NCBI RefSeq assembly: GCF_964194155.1
Contig: NC_135888.1
Coordinates: forward strand, 17,484,001-17,548,000
Source: Cetorhinus maximus
Lineage: Eukaryota
Direction: 5' to 3'
DNA: 64,000 nt
The notes beneath the pieces are model-generated. The model saw only the letters and a list, made by a program, of their open reading frames with translations. It ran no database searches and was not told the origin of the DNA. The stretch's first letter is position 1. Each line of letters begins with the position of its first letter. Of this stretch, positions 38,496-51,650 are shown piece after piece. A program made the translations under genes and the position numbers.

Positions 38496-38782
38496 TTGTT
38501 TCTAATTTGTTTGAGGAATTTTATTTTTGGAATCTGAGAAGCTTTACTTACGGAATCTGCCTTTTGACTCTCTCGTGTCACAGTGCAAGAACTCAGAGCA
38601 GTAAATAAAAACAGTTTGCCCAGCCTTGCTAGCTGTATAATGGTTGGCACAGTCGACCCTTCCAACATGCATGCTGTATTAAAATGGAGAACAGGAAAGC
38701 ATACAGGATACTTGATAGAATAATAATTAGCCTAATCAATACATACTTTGTTTAAAATAAATTGTGCACTTTTCTTCCACAG

Positions 38783-39502
38783 GACTGACGCCAAGGTCGG
38801 TGCTGGCAATGTCGGAGTACAGTTCACTCAGGAGCAATGGCGAATGTGAGACAGATGGCAAGATAACCATGAGTGATGGAACTTCTGGTAGCTCTGATCA
38901 TGAAATACTTAAATCAAAGGGAACTCCAGCCTGTTCGGGAGAGGACAGAAGCAACACCAACCTGTTGTATGGTGGAGTGCAGCAGAACATAAAACGGAAA
39001 GGTGGATGGACATTGAAGGTGAATAATGTTACGTCGAGTCTGGATTCTGATAGTGGAGATAGGAGGGGGAAAGAGGGGATTTCAATGAGAAAGACATTTA
39101 AGAAGAAGTCGTGTCCAAGAGCGGAGAGGGTCGATGACACTGAGTGCTGTAACCGGGCATCTGCCGGTAACGATGAAAATACTTCAAGGGAACTACTGGA
39201 AAAACAGGGAGGGCATTGGAAGAAGGTTTCTATAGGAGCAGATAAGGGTAACATTGATCAGGGAAGTGGGGACAGCCATGACTCTGACAGAGGCAGGAGT
39301 ATGAGGAAGAAGTCAAGAAAGAGGAAAGTAAGGAGAAGGGAAGCAAGCGAGGATGCTGAGGTAAAGGGTGAAAAATTTGTTGATCATGTGACTGAAGATG
39401 TTCGGCAGAAGGCACAGGAGAAAGAGAGAAGGCAGAAGAAAACAACTGACCTGGAAGATGGAGATGTGGTCTCTGTAACACAGAATGAAGCAGTGGAAGA
39501 TG
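38783..39502 (+). CDS. ERICH3-like exon 8 (720 nt, S/D/E/K/R-rich, disordered)
   Basis: TTTTCTTCCACAG acceptor, ATG|GTGAGT donor, phase 1-1, purine-rich open frame (ORF 38764-39510). Confidence 0.88.
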
Positions 39503-39614
39503 GTGAGTAATGAGAGTGTTATTTAATTTACTAATTATGTGTGGACCTACTGAAATCAGAGTGAAGAAGGCTGTCAGTGACCCTGCGATAGTGCAAAGAA
39601 GGGGAATCGGCAAC

Positions 39615-39756
39615 CGTTTTACATCTCTCCCTACTTTACATCTCTCCCCGTTTTACATCCCTCCCCAGTTTACATCTCTCCCCAGTTTACATCTCTCCCC
39701 GTTTTACATCTCTCACCGTTTTACGTCTCTCCCCAGTTTACATCTCTCCCCGTTTT
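39615..39756. repeat. ~19-bp tandem repeat (TTTACATCTCTCCC...), about 7 copies
   Basis: Direct reading. Confidence 0.85.
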
Positions 39757-40049
39757 TTTCTCATTGAAGTCAAAGTTTACAACAATCAGGTTACACTTGT
39801 GTCCACATTATTACCATAAATTATTTAATAGATGACACCGTGAAAATGTGTTTTCCTGGTGACAAAACAGGGAGCATGTGCAGTGCACATTTCAATCCAT
39901 TTTCCATCCAAAGTGAAAATGTGCACCTGACTGTTAACATTTTGTTTTAAGGTCCAGTTTTTCTCCTAATTTTTCCTTAAGACTGTTGCTGTGGTCCATT
40001 CCCACTGCAATATCTCTGTAGCATTCTTCACATGTCAGCTTAGACAGGG

Positions 40050-40392
40050 AGTATAGGCCTTGACAGCCACTATGGTCATTATGGGCCTAGATGGATAGTA
40101 TGGACCTAAATGGCCAGTATGAGCCTAAATGACGAGTATGGGGCCTAGGGACCTATATGGAAGGTATGGGCCGAGATGGTCAGTATAGAAACATAGAAAC
40201 ATAGAAACTAGGAGCAGGAGGAGGCCATTTGGCCCTTCGAGCCTGCTCCGCCATTCATTATGATCATGGCTGATCATCCAACTCAATAGCCTGCTCCCGC
40301 TTTCTCCCCATACCCTTTGATCCCTTTCGCCCCAAGAGCTATATGTAACTCCTTGATGAGCCTAGATGGACAGTATGGGCCGAGATGGTACT
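40050..40392. repeat. Degenerate ~20-bp repeat (AGTATGGGCCTAGATGG) interrupted by a minus-strand CR1 tail (~40185-40355)
   Basis: Repeat units on both sides of (ATAGAAAC)n-AGGAGCAGGAGGAGGCCATT. Confidence 0.7.
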
Positions 40393-41232
40393 GGCAAGCT
40401 ATTCCAACACAGCTCAGCTTAATCCAATTCTCAACCAATACTGTATCCACAGTCAGGAACCACTGGGCAGTGATCAGGTAAGTGAACCATGGCTTCCCCT
40501 AGCTCGAGATTCCAAGGTGTAGCGGCAGGGTTAGAAAGACCAAGAAGATTTAGTTGCACAATGTGAGCATGGGTGTTAATCACTTGTACTTAAGGTTGAC
40601 AATTGTAAGTACACACCCAAGAATGTCTCCTTGCCAATGGCTCCTTGTTCTGATAAGCAGTGTTCGTGTCACTCAGATGTGAAACCTTGGTTCCTGCACA
40701 GGATAAAAGCAGGTGTCTCAGTCCAGGGCCTCTTCCCTGTGCAGTGTGTAACCTTCAGACCAAAGAGATGGTCGAGCTTCACACTCACTGGACACATTAG
40801 TGATGCCTGCACCTCGATGGTGCTGGTCATTGCTGCCAGAATATCCTGGGCAGGTGTCACAGAGTTCCCTCATTCTCTCTGTGTGCTCTCAGCATCTGGC
40901 CCCCCATCTCTTCAGCATCTGTGACTGGTCTGGTAACCCAGTGCACATGAAGGGGTCAGGTGCTGAAAGCTGACAAAGAATCAGGTGCATTTAAAGTCTC
41001 ACAGCGGCATCTCAATGATATGACCCTGATCACAGAGCGCAAGTGAGCTGCCCTCAGCCAGACAGGAATCAGACATTCACACTGCATGTCATCATCATCC
41101 TCCTGGTATCTAGCGATTATTAGGGCCTCCGCTGCGTCTCCATGACATGAGCCTGAGCACTGAGGGTATGTCCGCTGCCATCAGCCACACAGGAGTCAAA
41201 TGTTCACAGATGCAAGGTGAGGACTGTCCTCA

Positions 41233-42461
41233 CTGCATCTCGTCATCATCCTCCATGAATCTTGCGGCTATGAGGGCCTCCTGAGTGCGTCTGCCGCATC
41301 TGGCTGGTGTGATGGTCTCATCACCGGCATCCTCGCCTTCAAGGACCTCATCACCGTCATCCCCTTCGATGTCCTCCTCATTGAATGAGACATGTAGCTC
41401 CTCCATCTCCTCCTCAGCCAGGCCCTTCCCCCATTGCAGCGCCAGGTTGTGTAGCGCGCAGCAAGCAGCAATGTTGTGTGACACCCCCTGGTGACTGTAT
41501 GCAGTGCTCGAGGCACCAGAACCTCAGTTTCAAAATGCCTACCATTTGCTTCACAAAAGCCCAGGTCACAGCATGAGCCTCGTTGTACCTTCGCTCTGCT
41601 GGAGTCTGAGGCCACCGCACAGGCGTCATCTGCCACATCCTCTCTGTGAGTAGCCCTTGTACCTGAGGAGCCAACCCTGCAGCTTCTGTGGACCCTGGAA
41701 GATGTCAGGGATCTGAGACCCGCTAAGGATGTAGGAGCCGTGGACTCTCCCTGGGAATGGTGTGCAGACCTGTAGGATGTATTTGTTGTGGTCACAGACC
41801 GGCTGAACGTTCAGCGAGTGGAAGCCCTTGCGGTTCACATACTGGAATGTTTGTTGCCATGGAGATCTAAGTGCCACCTGAGTGCAGCCAATGGCACCCT
41901 GCACCTGTGGGAAACCTGAGATCTACGTAAGTTCCAGTGCTCTTGCTTCCTGGCTTTCCTGATCCTGATTGGACCGCACAAAGTTGTGTGCCTTCGTGAA
42001 GATGGCGTCCATGACCTCCTGGATACACTTGTACGTGGAGGCTTGCAAAATTCTGCGCAGGTCACCTGTGGAGCCCTGGAAGGAGCCACTGGCATAAAAA
42101 TGGAACGCCGTAGTCACTTTCATGACCGCTGGCAGTGGATGCCCACCATGCCCCTGTGGCATCAATTCCTGCAGCAGGTGGCATATGTGACCAACCAGCA
42201 CCCTAGACATGTGCAGTCTTCAGTGACATTGATTCTGAGTCATCTGCAGGAATGACAGTTGCCGTCTATAGACGCTGGGTCTAGCGAGGCATCTACAAGC
42301 GACGGCTCCCTGTGGATCGTCAGCTGTGTGTGCAGCAGGTCCTGCCACCCCTTCATCTTGAGGGAGCTGCTTCTCCCTTTGCCAAGCCAGGTGCCTTGGC
42401 TGCACTCTTCTTCTCTGCTCCCTGTAAGCTGTGTGGCATACAGCTAAACACCAGGATCCAT
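41233..42461 (-). pseudogene. Decayed PIF/Harbinger (HARBI1-like) DDE transposase, within an element spanning ~40600-43745
   Basis: Frameshifted pieces KVTTAFHFYASGSFQGSTGDL, QGAIGCTQVAL...YVNRKGFHSLNVQPVCD...FPGRVHGSYIL...GWLL, AERRYNEAH, IAACCALHNLA plus an acidic tail. Confidence 0.93.
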
Positions 42462-43988
42462 GATCCCGATGTTCTCCTCCTGCAGGATCAAAGAGAGAGA
42501 CACGTAGGTTAGCACATGTGTCCTAAGGACCTCTCTTGGTTAAGTCTGAAGGCCCCTTCAGGCATGCAGGAGAGTGCTGGCCACCACTTGGATGGCCAGT
42601 GTGTAGTACACTCATTGGCTGTCTGAAACCCCACCCACCTCCGCCCTGCGCCACTTGACTGATTGGCACCCGCTTTGCCCATTGGACTGCATGCTGTGCT
42701 CTCAGCTCAGGAGCAGACATTCTCCTAACCCCCACTGCAAGGCTGTGCTGTTAGCTTGAACCATAATGGATACTGGTCCAAACCTGAATAAAGACATTGC
42801 AAGGGGCTGTGAGCACCTCCACCAGTGACTGTGCCATGACCACCATTCACAAGGGGATTGTGCAACTTGCCCAGTCGGCCAATTGCTCTGCTGCCCCCTA
42901 AAACACATTATTTTGCAGTGTGAACTTGAGGGGTGAAAAGATCTGGAGCATTTGGTGGCACTTTCATGCTTCTGCGTTGCTTGAGTGGGCAGAAAAGCTT
43001 CTGATGCCCAACTTCAAACATGTCAATGGAGCTGCTGCTGAACGGTCTCAGCTGTGGAAGTAAGCTCACTTCTGACAAGATTTTCCAAGTGCGTGGCCGC
43101 TTCCCTCACCCGCTCCCACCTCCCACCCTCCCTCCCGGCCCCCCGGCGTGTGCTGGTGTTCCCCCTTCAGCCTGTGCTGCCTTGCCGCCCAACACCAACC
43201 CCCAACCACCCTCCTGACCATGGGCTGACCCAGACTAGAGCCTTTGCCCCGGCAATGCACTGAAAGCCTGCCAGGATAAAGCGACTTTCCTGTGCGTTCC
43301 CCCCCCACCACCACCACCACCACCACCACCGCCAAATGCCTGGTGCCTCTTCCTTGATGTGCTGTGGGTGATCCTCGCGAGCGCTGAGCAGGGTTGTGTG
43401 CACTCACCTCCAAGTTCACCTCGAAGTTCAGGTCCCCAGGTACACGCCTTTTAAAGGCAGTTGTGAAGCACGGCGTTCCGAAGTCATGGGCGGTAAATTT
43501 GCCGTGGGGGTGATGATTCCAGCAAGCAAGATTTATATTGAGATGCTAAAGTATTGAAATTAGGGTCCCAAAGTACAGGGGTGGGAAATGGGCCTGACAC
43601 TGATGGATGGAGCAGGTGACCGCAAACTGGATTCACAAGGGTGTGAAACCGATTTTTGGCCTTCTCGCTATATTGTCGTCTCCCCACCCTCCTGCCCCCA
43701 CCTGCCATGATGCCCACCGCCAAAGGGACTGAATGATTCCACTCTATGGCTCAGTGTTACACCAGGTAGTGCCTTTGACCACTATTGTATGTCATTTATC
43801 ATTTTAATTTCAGTTGCGCAACCAATAGGGATACAAGGTAAAAGTGCTGGTTATAAGCCATACCGCACTTGTGCCACTTGCTTTAACTCACTCTTGCCTT
43901 TCCTGTCAAAACCCCAATGTAATCAATGCAAAGTTGGTGATGTTGTTTTTATATTTATGGGAAAACAAACTGTGAACATTATTGCCAG

Positions 43989-44345
43989 GTTTCCTGAGAA
44001 ATGAAGCTGAAATCCTTGACAACCATCCCAACAGCATTGAAGGAGAAATGCCAATTGTGCAAGATACAGAGAAGGTGCTTGGCAATGACAGCAAAGCACT
44101 GAATCCAATAATAAATAACGAAGAGACGTCAACGAAAGATAGACCCGATGTTGTGCAGCAATTATCGATCGACAAGGAGTCTGCAGACCTGAGATGGGAA
44201 GACGTGCTCAGTAGTGAACTAAAGGAAGAACACACAGAGGAGAACCTTCAAGGCAGCAACAGTGAAAATGAAAAGAGACTTGGTGAAAAGATGAACCAGC
44301 AACCTGAAACCCACCTTGACAAAGACAAGCGGCTCAATAAAGATA
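43989..44345 (+). CDS. ERICH3-like exon 9 (Glu/Asp-rich)
   Basis: TTGCCAG acceptor, ATA|GTAAGT donor, 357 nt, phase 1-1. Confidence 0.85.
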
Positions 44346-44489
44346 GTAAGTAGGAACAGGTTAGAAGTCTGACTGCTATTCCGATTGAAAAAATATTCCA
44401 GCCACTGTAAGAGCTGGATTGAAATCAATAGTGTGAATCAGGCATAAAAGCTGTAAATTGGAAATATCCTGCAGGGTGATCAGCATTTT

Positions 44490-44960
44490 AAAGAGGAAAT
44501 ACATAGAATTTACAGTTGCAGAAGCAAGCCATTCAGCCCAACTGGTCTATGCCTAAATATTCCCTATATTCCCTCTTCCTATAACCATATCACCATATCC
44601 TTCTATTCCTTTCATCCCTCATATGTTTCCCTTGCTTTCCTTAAATGCATCAATGCTAATCATCTCGACTACTCCCTGTGGCAGTGAGTTCCACATCCTA
44701 ACCTCTCTCTGAATAAAGAAGAATTCACTGTTGGATTTATTAGTGACTATCTTATATTTACAACTGATAACTAGGGTCTCCCTCTTGAGTGACAACATAT
44801 TCTCTATGTCTAAGTATCAAACACTTCCATAGTCTTCAAGATCTCTATCAATGCTTCACTCCACCTCCTCTTTTCCAGAGAAAAGAGCCTCAGCCTGTTC
44901 CATCATTCCTATTAGCTATAAGCTCTCAGTTCTGATATGTTTATTGTACCTTCTCCAGCA
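44490..44960 (-). mobile_element. Old CR1 LINE 3' fragment
   Basis: Inverted homology to the CR1 end at 51960-52200 (TTTTCCAGAGAAAAGAGCCTCAGCCTGTTC). Confidence 0.6.
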
Positions 44961-45324
44961 TCTCAGTTTTCTGGAAGTGTTCGTTTTTGGAGCAGTGCTG
45001 GAAATGTAGAAGTTTATGTTGCAGACACTCAGTCAAGGCATAAAGCATTCCCTGGGTTGCAATAGAATAGCTAAATGTACAGTACATTTTGATTTACCCT
45101 GTCCCCTGAATGAGCCTCTGCCCTAAGGGGAGGGGGGTGGGTGGGGATGTGGGGGGGAGAGGAATCATGGTAGAAGATAAAATATCATAAAACTTTTGAA
45201 AATCGAAATGCGATTGCTTTTATCCTAATGGAGAAGTTTGACATTCCCAAAACATAAATTAGTTTTTCAGAGCCAGTGAAGTTGTTCAACAATAACGATG
45301 AACCTAGTGCACCCTTAAAAACCC

Positions 45325-46013
45325 AGGCCTGAATTTTACCTTTGGCGGGTGGGCGCGATCGGCGGGCCCAGGAGCAGTCAGGAAACGGGCCGCTGACTGT
45401 GATTGGCCCCCGACTGCGATTTCGTGCTGGCTGGCCAATTAAAGGCCAGCATGAAACGCGTGCTGAAAACCTCAGTGCTGCCGGGGTGAGGGCGGGCGAT
45501 GATGTTTCTGTGGGCGCGGGTGAGCGCAACAAGGAAGCTCCCTGAAGGCAGGGAGCAGCCTCCTTCATGGAGCTGCAGACCTGAAAATGCTCAAATAAAG
45601 GCTTAAAAAGCTACAGTAAAAATGTCCATGCATCACAATCAATCACCTGAAAATACAGCTAATAAAAATGATGTCCACAGATATTTATTTTTATTTTATT
45701 TCATAATGGAAATTTCATCCCGCCCTTGGATGAGGTTTGATGAAAAATGCAAAGGCCACCTGGTTGATTCGCCCGTCCGCCAACCATAAGGTTGGACGGG
45801 CCACGACAAATTGGAGGCAATTGTGCCGTTAATGGGCTTAATTGCCCTCTTAATTGTCGGCGGGCCCGCATCCGACTTCTGTGTGCGCCCGCCGAGCGAA
45901 ATATCAGCGTGAGTGCGCAATGATGTCGGGATGCTCACCCGATGTTTCCTCATGCGATTTTGTGTCTGATCGGGTCGGGCGTGTGCCTGCCCACGGGACA
46001 TAACATTCAGCCC
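45325..46013. mobile_element. Harbinger-type MITE
   Basis: TIR-like AGGCCTGAATTTT...AACATTCAGCCC; same internal hairpins as the other copies. Confidence 0.78.
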
Positions 46014-47587
46014 CCTGTTACACATCAAGAGTTTTACATTTTTCAAGGATTTTTGCAGTGAGACTAATCACATAAAAGGGCAAGTTATCATCAGTTCTGT
46101 GATTTCTAATTGCTTAGAGTCTTGGGGCACATCCAGGGCCAGGGAGAGAAATCATGCGCCCCAGTGCTTCTCCTGTTTTCAGGCCCCATAATCCACTCCT
46201 CCCACCACCCCCCACTTTAACCTTCCCCTCAATCGCACATGATATTTTTTCCCACTTCAAGATTCACCAATCAATTCACCAAACAATAACATAAAAGTCC
46301 TAGTAAAATGATAATGCCCATTGTTGGCATCTGGTTACAAATATCATCGTTAAAAATATGCAGCGTGGGTCATTAATATTAAAAAACAGCAACACTGTAG
46401 TGCTGTGTAAGTTTGTGCGAGCCCTATAGGTGATCCCACCATGACTATTAAACAAACCAGAAAGTACAAATTTTACTTTAACAGCATTGTAAATACTGTT
46501 AATTTAAGAGGAAAATATCCCATTAGTTATTTATATCACTGTGCAGACGATACCACTGATTTTGGTGACTGCCTCACCTCATTAACATGTTCTGCACATT
46601 GCACCATACGGATGTGGTGAGAGTAAATTCACATTTGGGGGAAAGATTCAATACTTGCAACCCACGTAAACTGCACAAGCTCCTTTCCATTCTGTAGAAG
46701 TAGAAGAAAACTTTCTTCTGCCTGGGTACATGTTATTATTCAATATAATTATTTCAAATGGGGGCTGTAATTGGATTCTATTTTATCAGTAATGTCACAA
46801 GATAGAAAGATTAAATGGCTCCTGAGCGTCAAAGTGGAATGACTGAACAACATAGGTCTTCACTGTCAGCGAGAAGCATTGGAGCCTTCAGGTGTCTCTG
46901 TGCAACACAACTTCATCACAATATTTCAATATCTCAAAAAACTCATAAAAAAGCACCAAGATAGTGTGGGATAATAGGTAAGTAGACAAAAGGACAAGAT
47001 TGAAGTCAATGGAAATACTCTTGAGAATCCTGTACAATATAAAACAGGTTACACATTCACCATGAGCCCATTATGCACTCCTGTCCTGGCAATCTCACTC
47101 CATAAAGCCAACTCAGAGTAAACTTTCATTAGCAACAAAATAAACAGAACTCCAGCCCTGATCTCACCCTCTATTCACAAGATAATTATGGATGACAAAG
47201 GTCATCTAGCCCAGTTCATCACATCCATCCCAGAATGACATACGTATTATGAGCAGGAGTAGGCCATTTGGCCCCTCGAACCTGCTCTGCCATTTGACAA
47301 CATTGTCTCCATTATAGCAGTGCGTACATTATATCAGTGACTACAACTCAAAAATACTTAATTAGCTGTAAAGCAGTTTGGAACATTGTGAAAGGTGCTG
47401 TATAAATATAGGTTTTGTTTTTCTTTCATTACACCTGTATGTAGCAGGCAAAGAGACTGTAGCAATGGTGAAATTAGAAGCCCAATACTGATTCTCTAAG
47501 GATAATTAATCACAGAGCAATCAACTGATGTTAGGAAAATGGCTACAAAAAAACTAGTACACTTACAAAACAATTCGACTCTGTAGC

Positions 47588-47911
47588 NNNNNNNNNNNNN
47601 NNNNNNNNNNNNNNNNNNNNNNNNNNNNNNNNNNNNNNNNNNNNNNNNNNNNNNNNNNNNNNNNNNNNNNNNNNNNNNNNNNNNNNNNNNNNNNNNNNNN
47701 NNNNNNNNNNNNNNNNNNNNNNNNNNNNNNNNNNNNNNNNNNNNNNNNNNNNNNNNNNNNNNNNNNNNNNNNNNNNNNNNNNNNNNNNNNNNNNNNNNNN
47801 NNNNNNNNNNNNNNNNNNNNNNNNNNNNNNNNNNNNNNNNNNNNNNNNNNNNNNNNNNNNNNNNNNNNNNNNNNNNNNNNNNNNNNNNNNNNNNNNNNNN
47901 NNNNNNNNNNN
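47588..47911. other. Assembly gap (324 N)
   Basis: Run of N. Confidence 1.
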
Positions 47912-48129
47912 TGGTTCTAAAATTGTAGGGAATTCGGTTACCATTTTTCAAGCAAGAACACTCTCCTGACAGTTGCTGTGCTCCTGGTTACCTTTGGGCA
48001 GCTTCGCTTTTCTGGCAGACTTTTCAAAAAGAAAAACAGATCCACGAAGCTGCCCGAAGGTCAGAAGCAGCAGTGCAGAAACTCAGTGAAATTGACACTG
48101 AAACTGACAGAACGGCTTTGAAAAGATTG

Positions 48130-48540
48130 GAACTCTCCATTTCCAATTTTAAAAATAAGGGAAACGTCTCCACGTGTGACTCAGTTGCATTAACAGGGAC
48201 ATATTAGAAATGATGTTTAAAACTGTTTATTCATTTTTTGATTACTATTGGAAACCTCATCCCGCCCGTAAAAAATCCAAAGGCTGCCTGGCCGATTTAC
48301 CCGCCCACCACTGTAATGTTGGGCGGGCAGCAAAAAAATACTGCTGAGCTAATTGATGAATGGACTTAACAGCCCTCTTAATCGTTGGTGGGCGCACTAC
48401 CAACTCTCGGGCGGGCCCGCCGACCGAAATATCGCGCGAGTGCGTGATGAGGCCGGGACGCTCGCCTGACATCATCGCGGACTATTTTACGCCCGATCGG
48501 GTCGGGTGCACGCTCGCTCCCAGGATGTAAAATTCTGCCC
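48130..48540. mobile_element. Harbinger-type MITE, right half
   Basis: Right TIR AAAATTCTGCCC; GGAAACCTCATCCCGCCCG motif. Confidence 0.75.
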
Positions 48541-48805
48541 ACCGTCATTACTACTGCAATATCTGTGTTAAAATGAATGCAATACAGGGTAGCTGAGGCG
48601 AGGATATGGAGGAAGCTCAACTCTGCACCTAACTGTGCTCTACCTGAGCCAAGAGTGGGAAGGGAGAATGACAGAGGAAACCACCCGGAATGATGCTGTC
48701 TTAACATGTATAATCACTTTGCATCTTCTCTCTACCTGCAGCCCCTGATAGAATTTTTTTTTTGTACATATATAATGAGTTTTATTTGTAACTTTGTTTC
48801 TGAAG

Positions 48806-48973
48806 TGGAGCTGGCTGCAAGGGTTCGCGAGAAACTGGCTTTGGCCCTTCAACGTGCAGAGTGTGCCTCGTCTGAAGCAGAGCTCAGTGACACCAGTGAG
48901 GCCAGCAGAAGCGAAGGCTGGCAGGAGAGTGAGGAAGGAGCAAAGGACCCAACACATGGACGACTAAGGATCG
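48806..48973 (+). CDS. ERICH3-like exon 10 (ELAARVREKLALALQRAECASSEAELSDTSE...)
   Basis: T-rich tract + AAG acceptor, TCG|GTAAGG donor, 168 nt, phase 1-1; helical protein-like translation. Confidence 0.8.
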
Positions 48974-49299
48974 GTAAGGAAAATAACAAACTAACTCTGC
49001 AAGGGTGGGCCAAAAATAGAAAGTGCTGGAAAAACTCAGCAGGTCTAGCAGCATCTGTAGAGAGAGAAATAGAGTTAACGCTTTGTTTCAGGTTTCCAGC
49101 ATCAGCAGTGTTTTGCTTTTATCTACAAGCCGGGGGTTGTTATTCAAACGTACAAAATTGGTGGGCAGGAAAAGGCCATTTGATCCATCAAGCATGCTCC
49201 ACAGGCCATGATGACTCAACCATCATGACTAAATGCTCCTTCCCTTGCCCCACCCTCTAAGCAATGTAGAGACACAATGCTTAGTCAGAATAAAAGGCT

Positions 49300-49755
49300 C
49301 GTATTTGTATTGTGCTCATTGACCTACATTGATTCCTGGCCTTGCAGCACCTGGATTTTAAAATTCTCATCCTTATTTTCAAATCCCTTCATTGCCTCTT
49401 CCCCTCCCCATCTCTATACCTGCCATAGCCCAACGACATTCTGAGATTTCTGCGCTTTCCCAATCCTGGTCTCTTGCACAGCACAATTTTAATTGCTCCA
49501 CCATTGGTAGCCTTCAGCGGCCGAGGCCCCAAGCTCTGGAATTTCCTCCCTAAACCTCTCCACCTCTCTCCGCCCCTCTCTCTCATTTAAGACTCTCCTT
49601 TACACCACCTACCTCTTTGGCCAAGCTTTTGGTCACCTGCCCTTCCACCTCCTGAAGTGGCTCACATCTCATTTTGTGAACATTCCTATGAAGTGCCTTG
49701 AGATGTTATATAAATTAAAGATTAAAGATGCTATATAAATATAAGTTGTTGTTGC
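49300..49755 (+). mobile_element. L2-type LINE 3' end
   Basis: GCCCCAAGCTCTGGAATTTCCTCCCT (AP.LWN.LP-type motif) and a tail ending GATGCTATATAAAT; inverted relatives at ~29650-29880 and ~37120-37630. Confidence 0.65.
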
Positions 49756-49794
49756 TTATCACCCTTTGCATAAAGGGGTTAAATATGTGCAGTA

Positions 49795-50240
49795 GGGGGG
49801 AGGTGGTGCCATATGTCTCTGGATCAGTATTCCAGAAGACCCAGGGTACCTGGTGTTTCTCAGGTGTCGGTGCAGACTCGATGGGCCGAAGGGCCTCTTC
49901 TACACTGTGTGATTCTGTGACTCTGTAATGCTTTGGGGACTTGGGTTCGAATCCCACCACGGCAGATGGTTAAATTTGAATTCAGTAAAAATCTGGAATT
50001 AAAAGCCTGATGATGAACACAAAACCATTGCAGATTGTCATAAAAACCCACCCGGTTCACTAATGCCCTTTAGGGAAGGAAATCTGCTGTCCTTAATTGG
50101 TCTGGCTTACATGTGACTCCAGACCCAGAGCAATGTGGTTGATTCTTAAATGCCCTCTGAACAAGGGCAATTAGGGATGGGCAATAAATGCTGGCCTAGC
50201 CAGCAACGCCCACATCCCATGAACGAATAAGACAAAAAAA
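49795..50240 (+). mobile_element. tRNA-derived SINE with CR1-like tail, with a short CR1-tail insert (~49850-49925)
   Basis: Colinear with 23325-23657; B-box GGTTCGAATCCC. Confidence 0.75.
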
Positions 50241-50307
50241 CTCCCCTCTGCTCAGCTTGAGCCCATTTCTCCTGGGCCTAGAGTTTCTGTCAGCGATGAA
50301 CATTATT

Positions 50308-51160
50308 GTGCTGAATTTTACCAGCGCTCTGGAGAGGCTGGGAGGCGGGAAGCCTAGTAAAATGGTGGTGGAAGGCGTTGGGGAGGGCTGCCCAATACGT
50401 TCCCACTGCCACAGGATATTACCGATGGCAGGAACGGAGGTGGGCAGCCAATTATCTCAATTAATTGATCAATTAATGGCTACTTCCTGCCCTGCTGGCA
50501 TTTTACCAGCATCAGGATGGGCCCTTGCCAGTGGGGAGACCACTTGGCATATCGAGGCAGCTTCCCAGACAGTTCCAGGGATGGGGGCGCCTACCTTTAC
50601 GGCTGCTGCATGGTCCACAGAAGTGCCCCCGCCCTCTCTCTTCCCCCCCCCACCCCCTTCCAGGTGGCTATGACCATCCCCACAGCTCCAACACCAGTTC
50701 ATCTCTCCAATCACCTGGTCCAGCCTCCCTGGCATTAAGTAAACTATCCTCAGCTGGTCTTCCAGGATGTCAAGTTAAGCTTGGGCCAAGATTCTAGATC
50801 TTTGTTTAAACTCGCTGGGAGGGATTTGTCTTTGGGCGTTAGTGTAAAACTTGTCTTTCTAGGCAAGGTGGCGGGGGTGGGGTGGTTCACAGAGCCAGGT
50901 GATGCTGTGGGGTATGAGCTTGTCGGGGTAAAATGCTGCGTATTCCTGTAGATGGTACATATCGCAGGCTCCATGGAGGCGCCCTCTTCTTCTCCCTGGG
51001 ACCTCAGCAGCGGCCACCTCCATCGCTGGCGGCCAAGGCTGTCGAGCTGCCGGCCCTCTGATTGGGCTGGCAGTTCTGAGAGGCAGGCCACCATCCTTAA
51101 TCGGACGCCGGTCCCAGCAGCAGTCTCTTAACTGGCTGCCGCTGGTAAAATCCCGCCCAG
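50308..51160. mobile_element. Harbinger-type MITE (second family) with nested ~270-bp repeat
   Basis: GTGCTGAATTTTACCAGC...GCTGGTAAAATCCCGCCC ends; 50730-50960 matches 53370-53545 inverted. Confidence 0.6.
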
Positions 51161-51309
51161 GGTCCTGCCAACCCGTCTGTGTGAGCTGAGGAGCACTTAT
51201 GGCCCCGACGGAGGGATTCCCCATCTTTTGGGCAAATTCGGCTCATAATTGGGGTTCAGGTTATCTATTCCCTCAAGAATTTTAATTAAATGCACACACG
51301 CACAGGTTA

Positions 51310-51650
51310 TTTCAGGGGTCGAGGCCTCAAATCCCATCACGGCAACTCTGGGGGGATTTAAATTCAATTGATTAAAAAAAGACTCTGGAATTGAAAACTA
51401 ATCGTAGTAGAAACTATCATCAATTGTCATAAAAATCCATCTTGTTCACTAATACTCTTTAGGGAAGGAAATCTGCTGTTATTACCTGGTCTGGCCTACA
51501 TGTGACTCTAGACCTACAGCAATGTGGTTAACTCTTAAATGCCCTCTGAAATGGCCTAGCAAACCACTCAGTTCAAGGTCAATTAGGGACAGGCAACAAA
51601 TACTGGCTTTGCCAGTGATGCTCACATCCCATGAAAGAATAAAAGAAAAT
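51310..51650 (+). mobile_element. tRNA-derived SINE with CR1-like tail
   Basis: AGGGAAGGAAATCTGC...GTGACTCTAGACCTACAGCAATGTGG core. Confidence 0.75.

Noticed and set aside
41233-42461. Domesticated HARBI1 gene
   Set aside because: Frameshifts, stops and mutated catalytic residues indicate a dead transposon copy.
47496-47951. ORFs spanning poly-X
   Set aside because: Artefact of the N gap.
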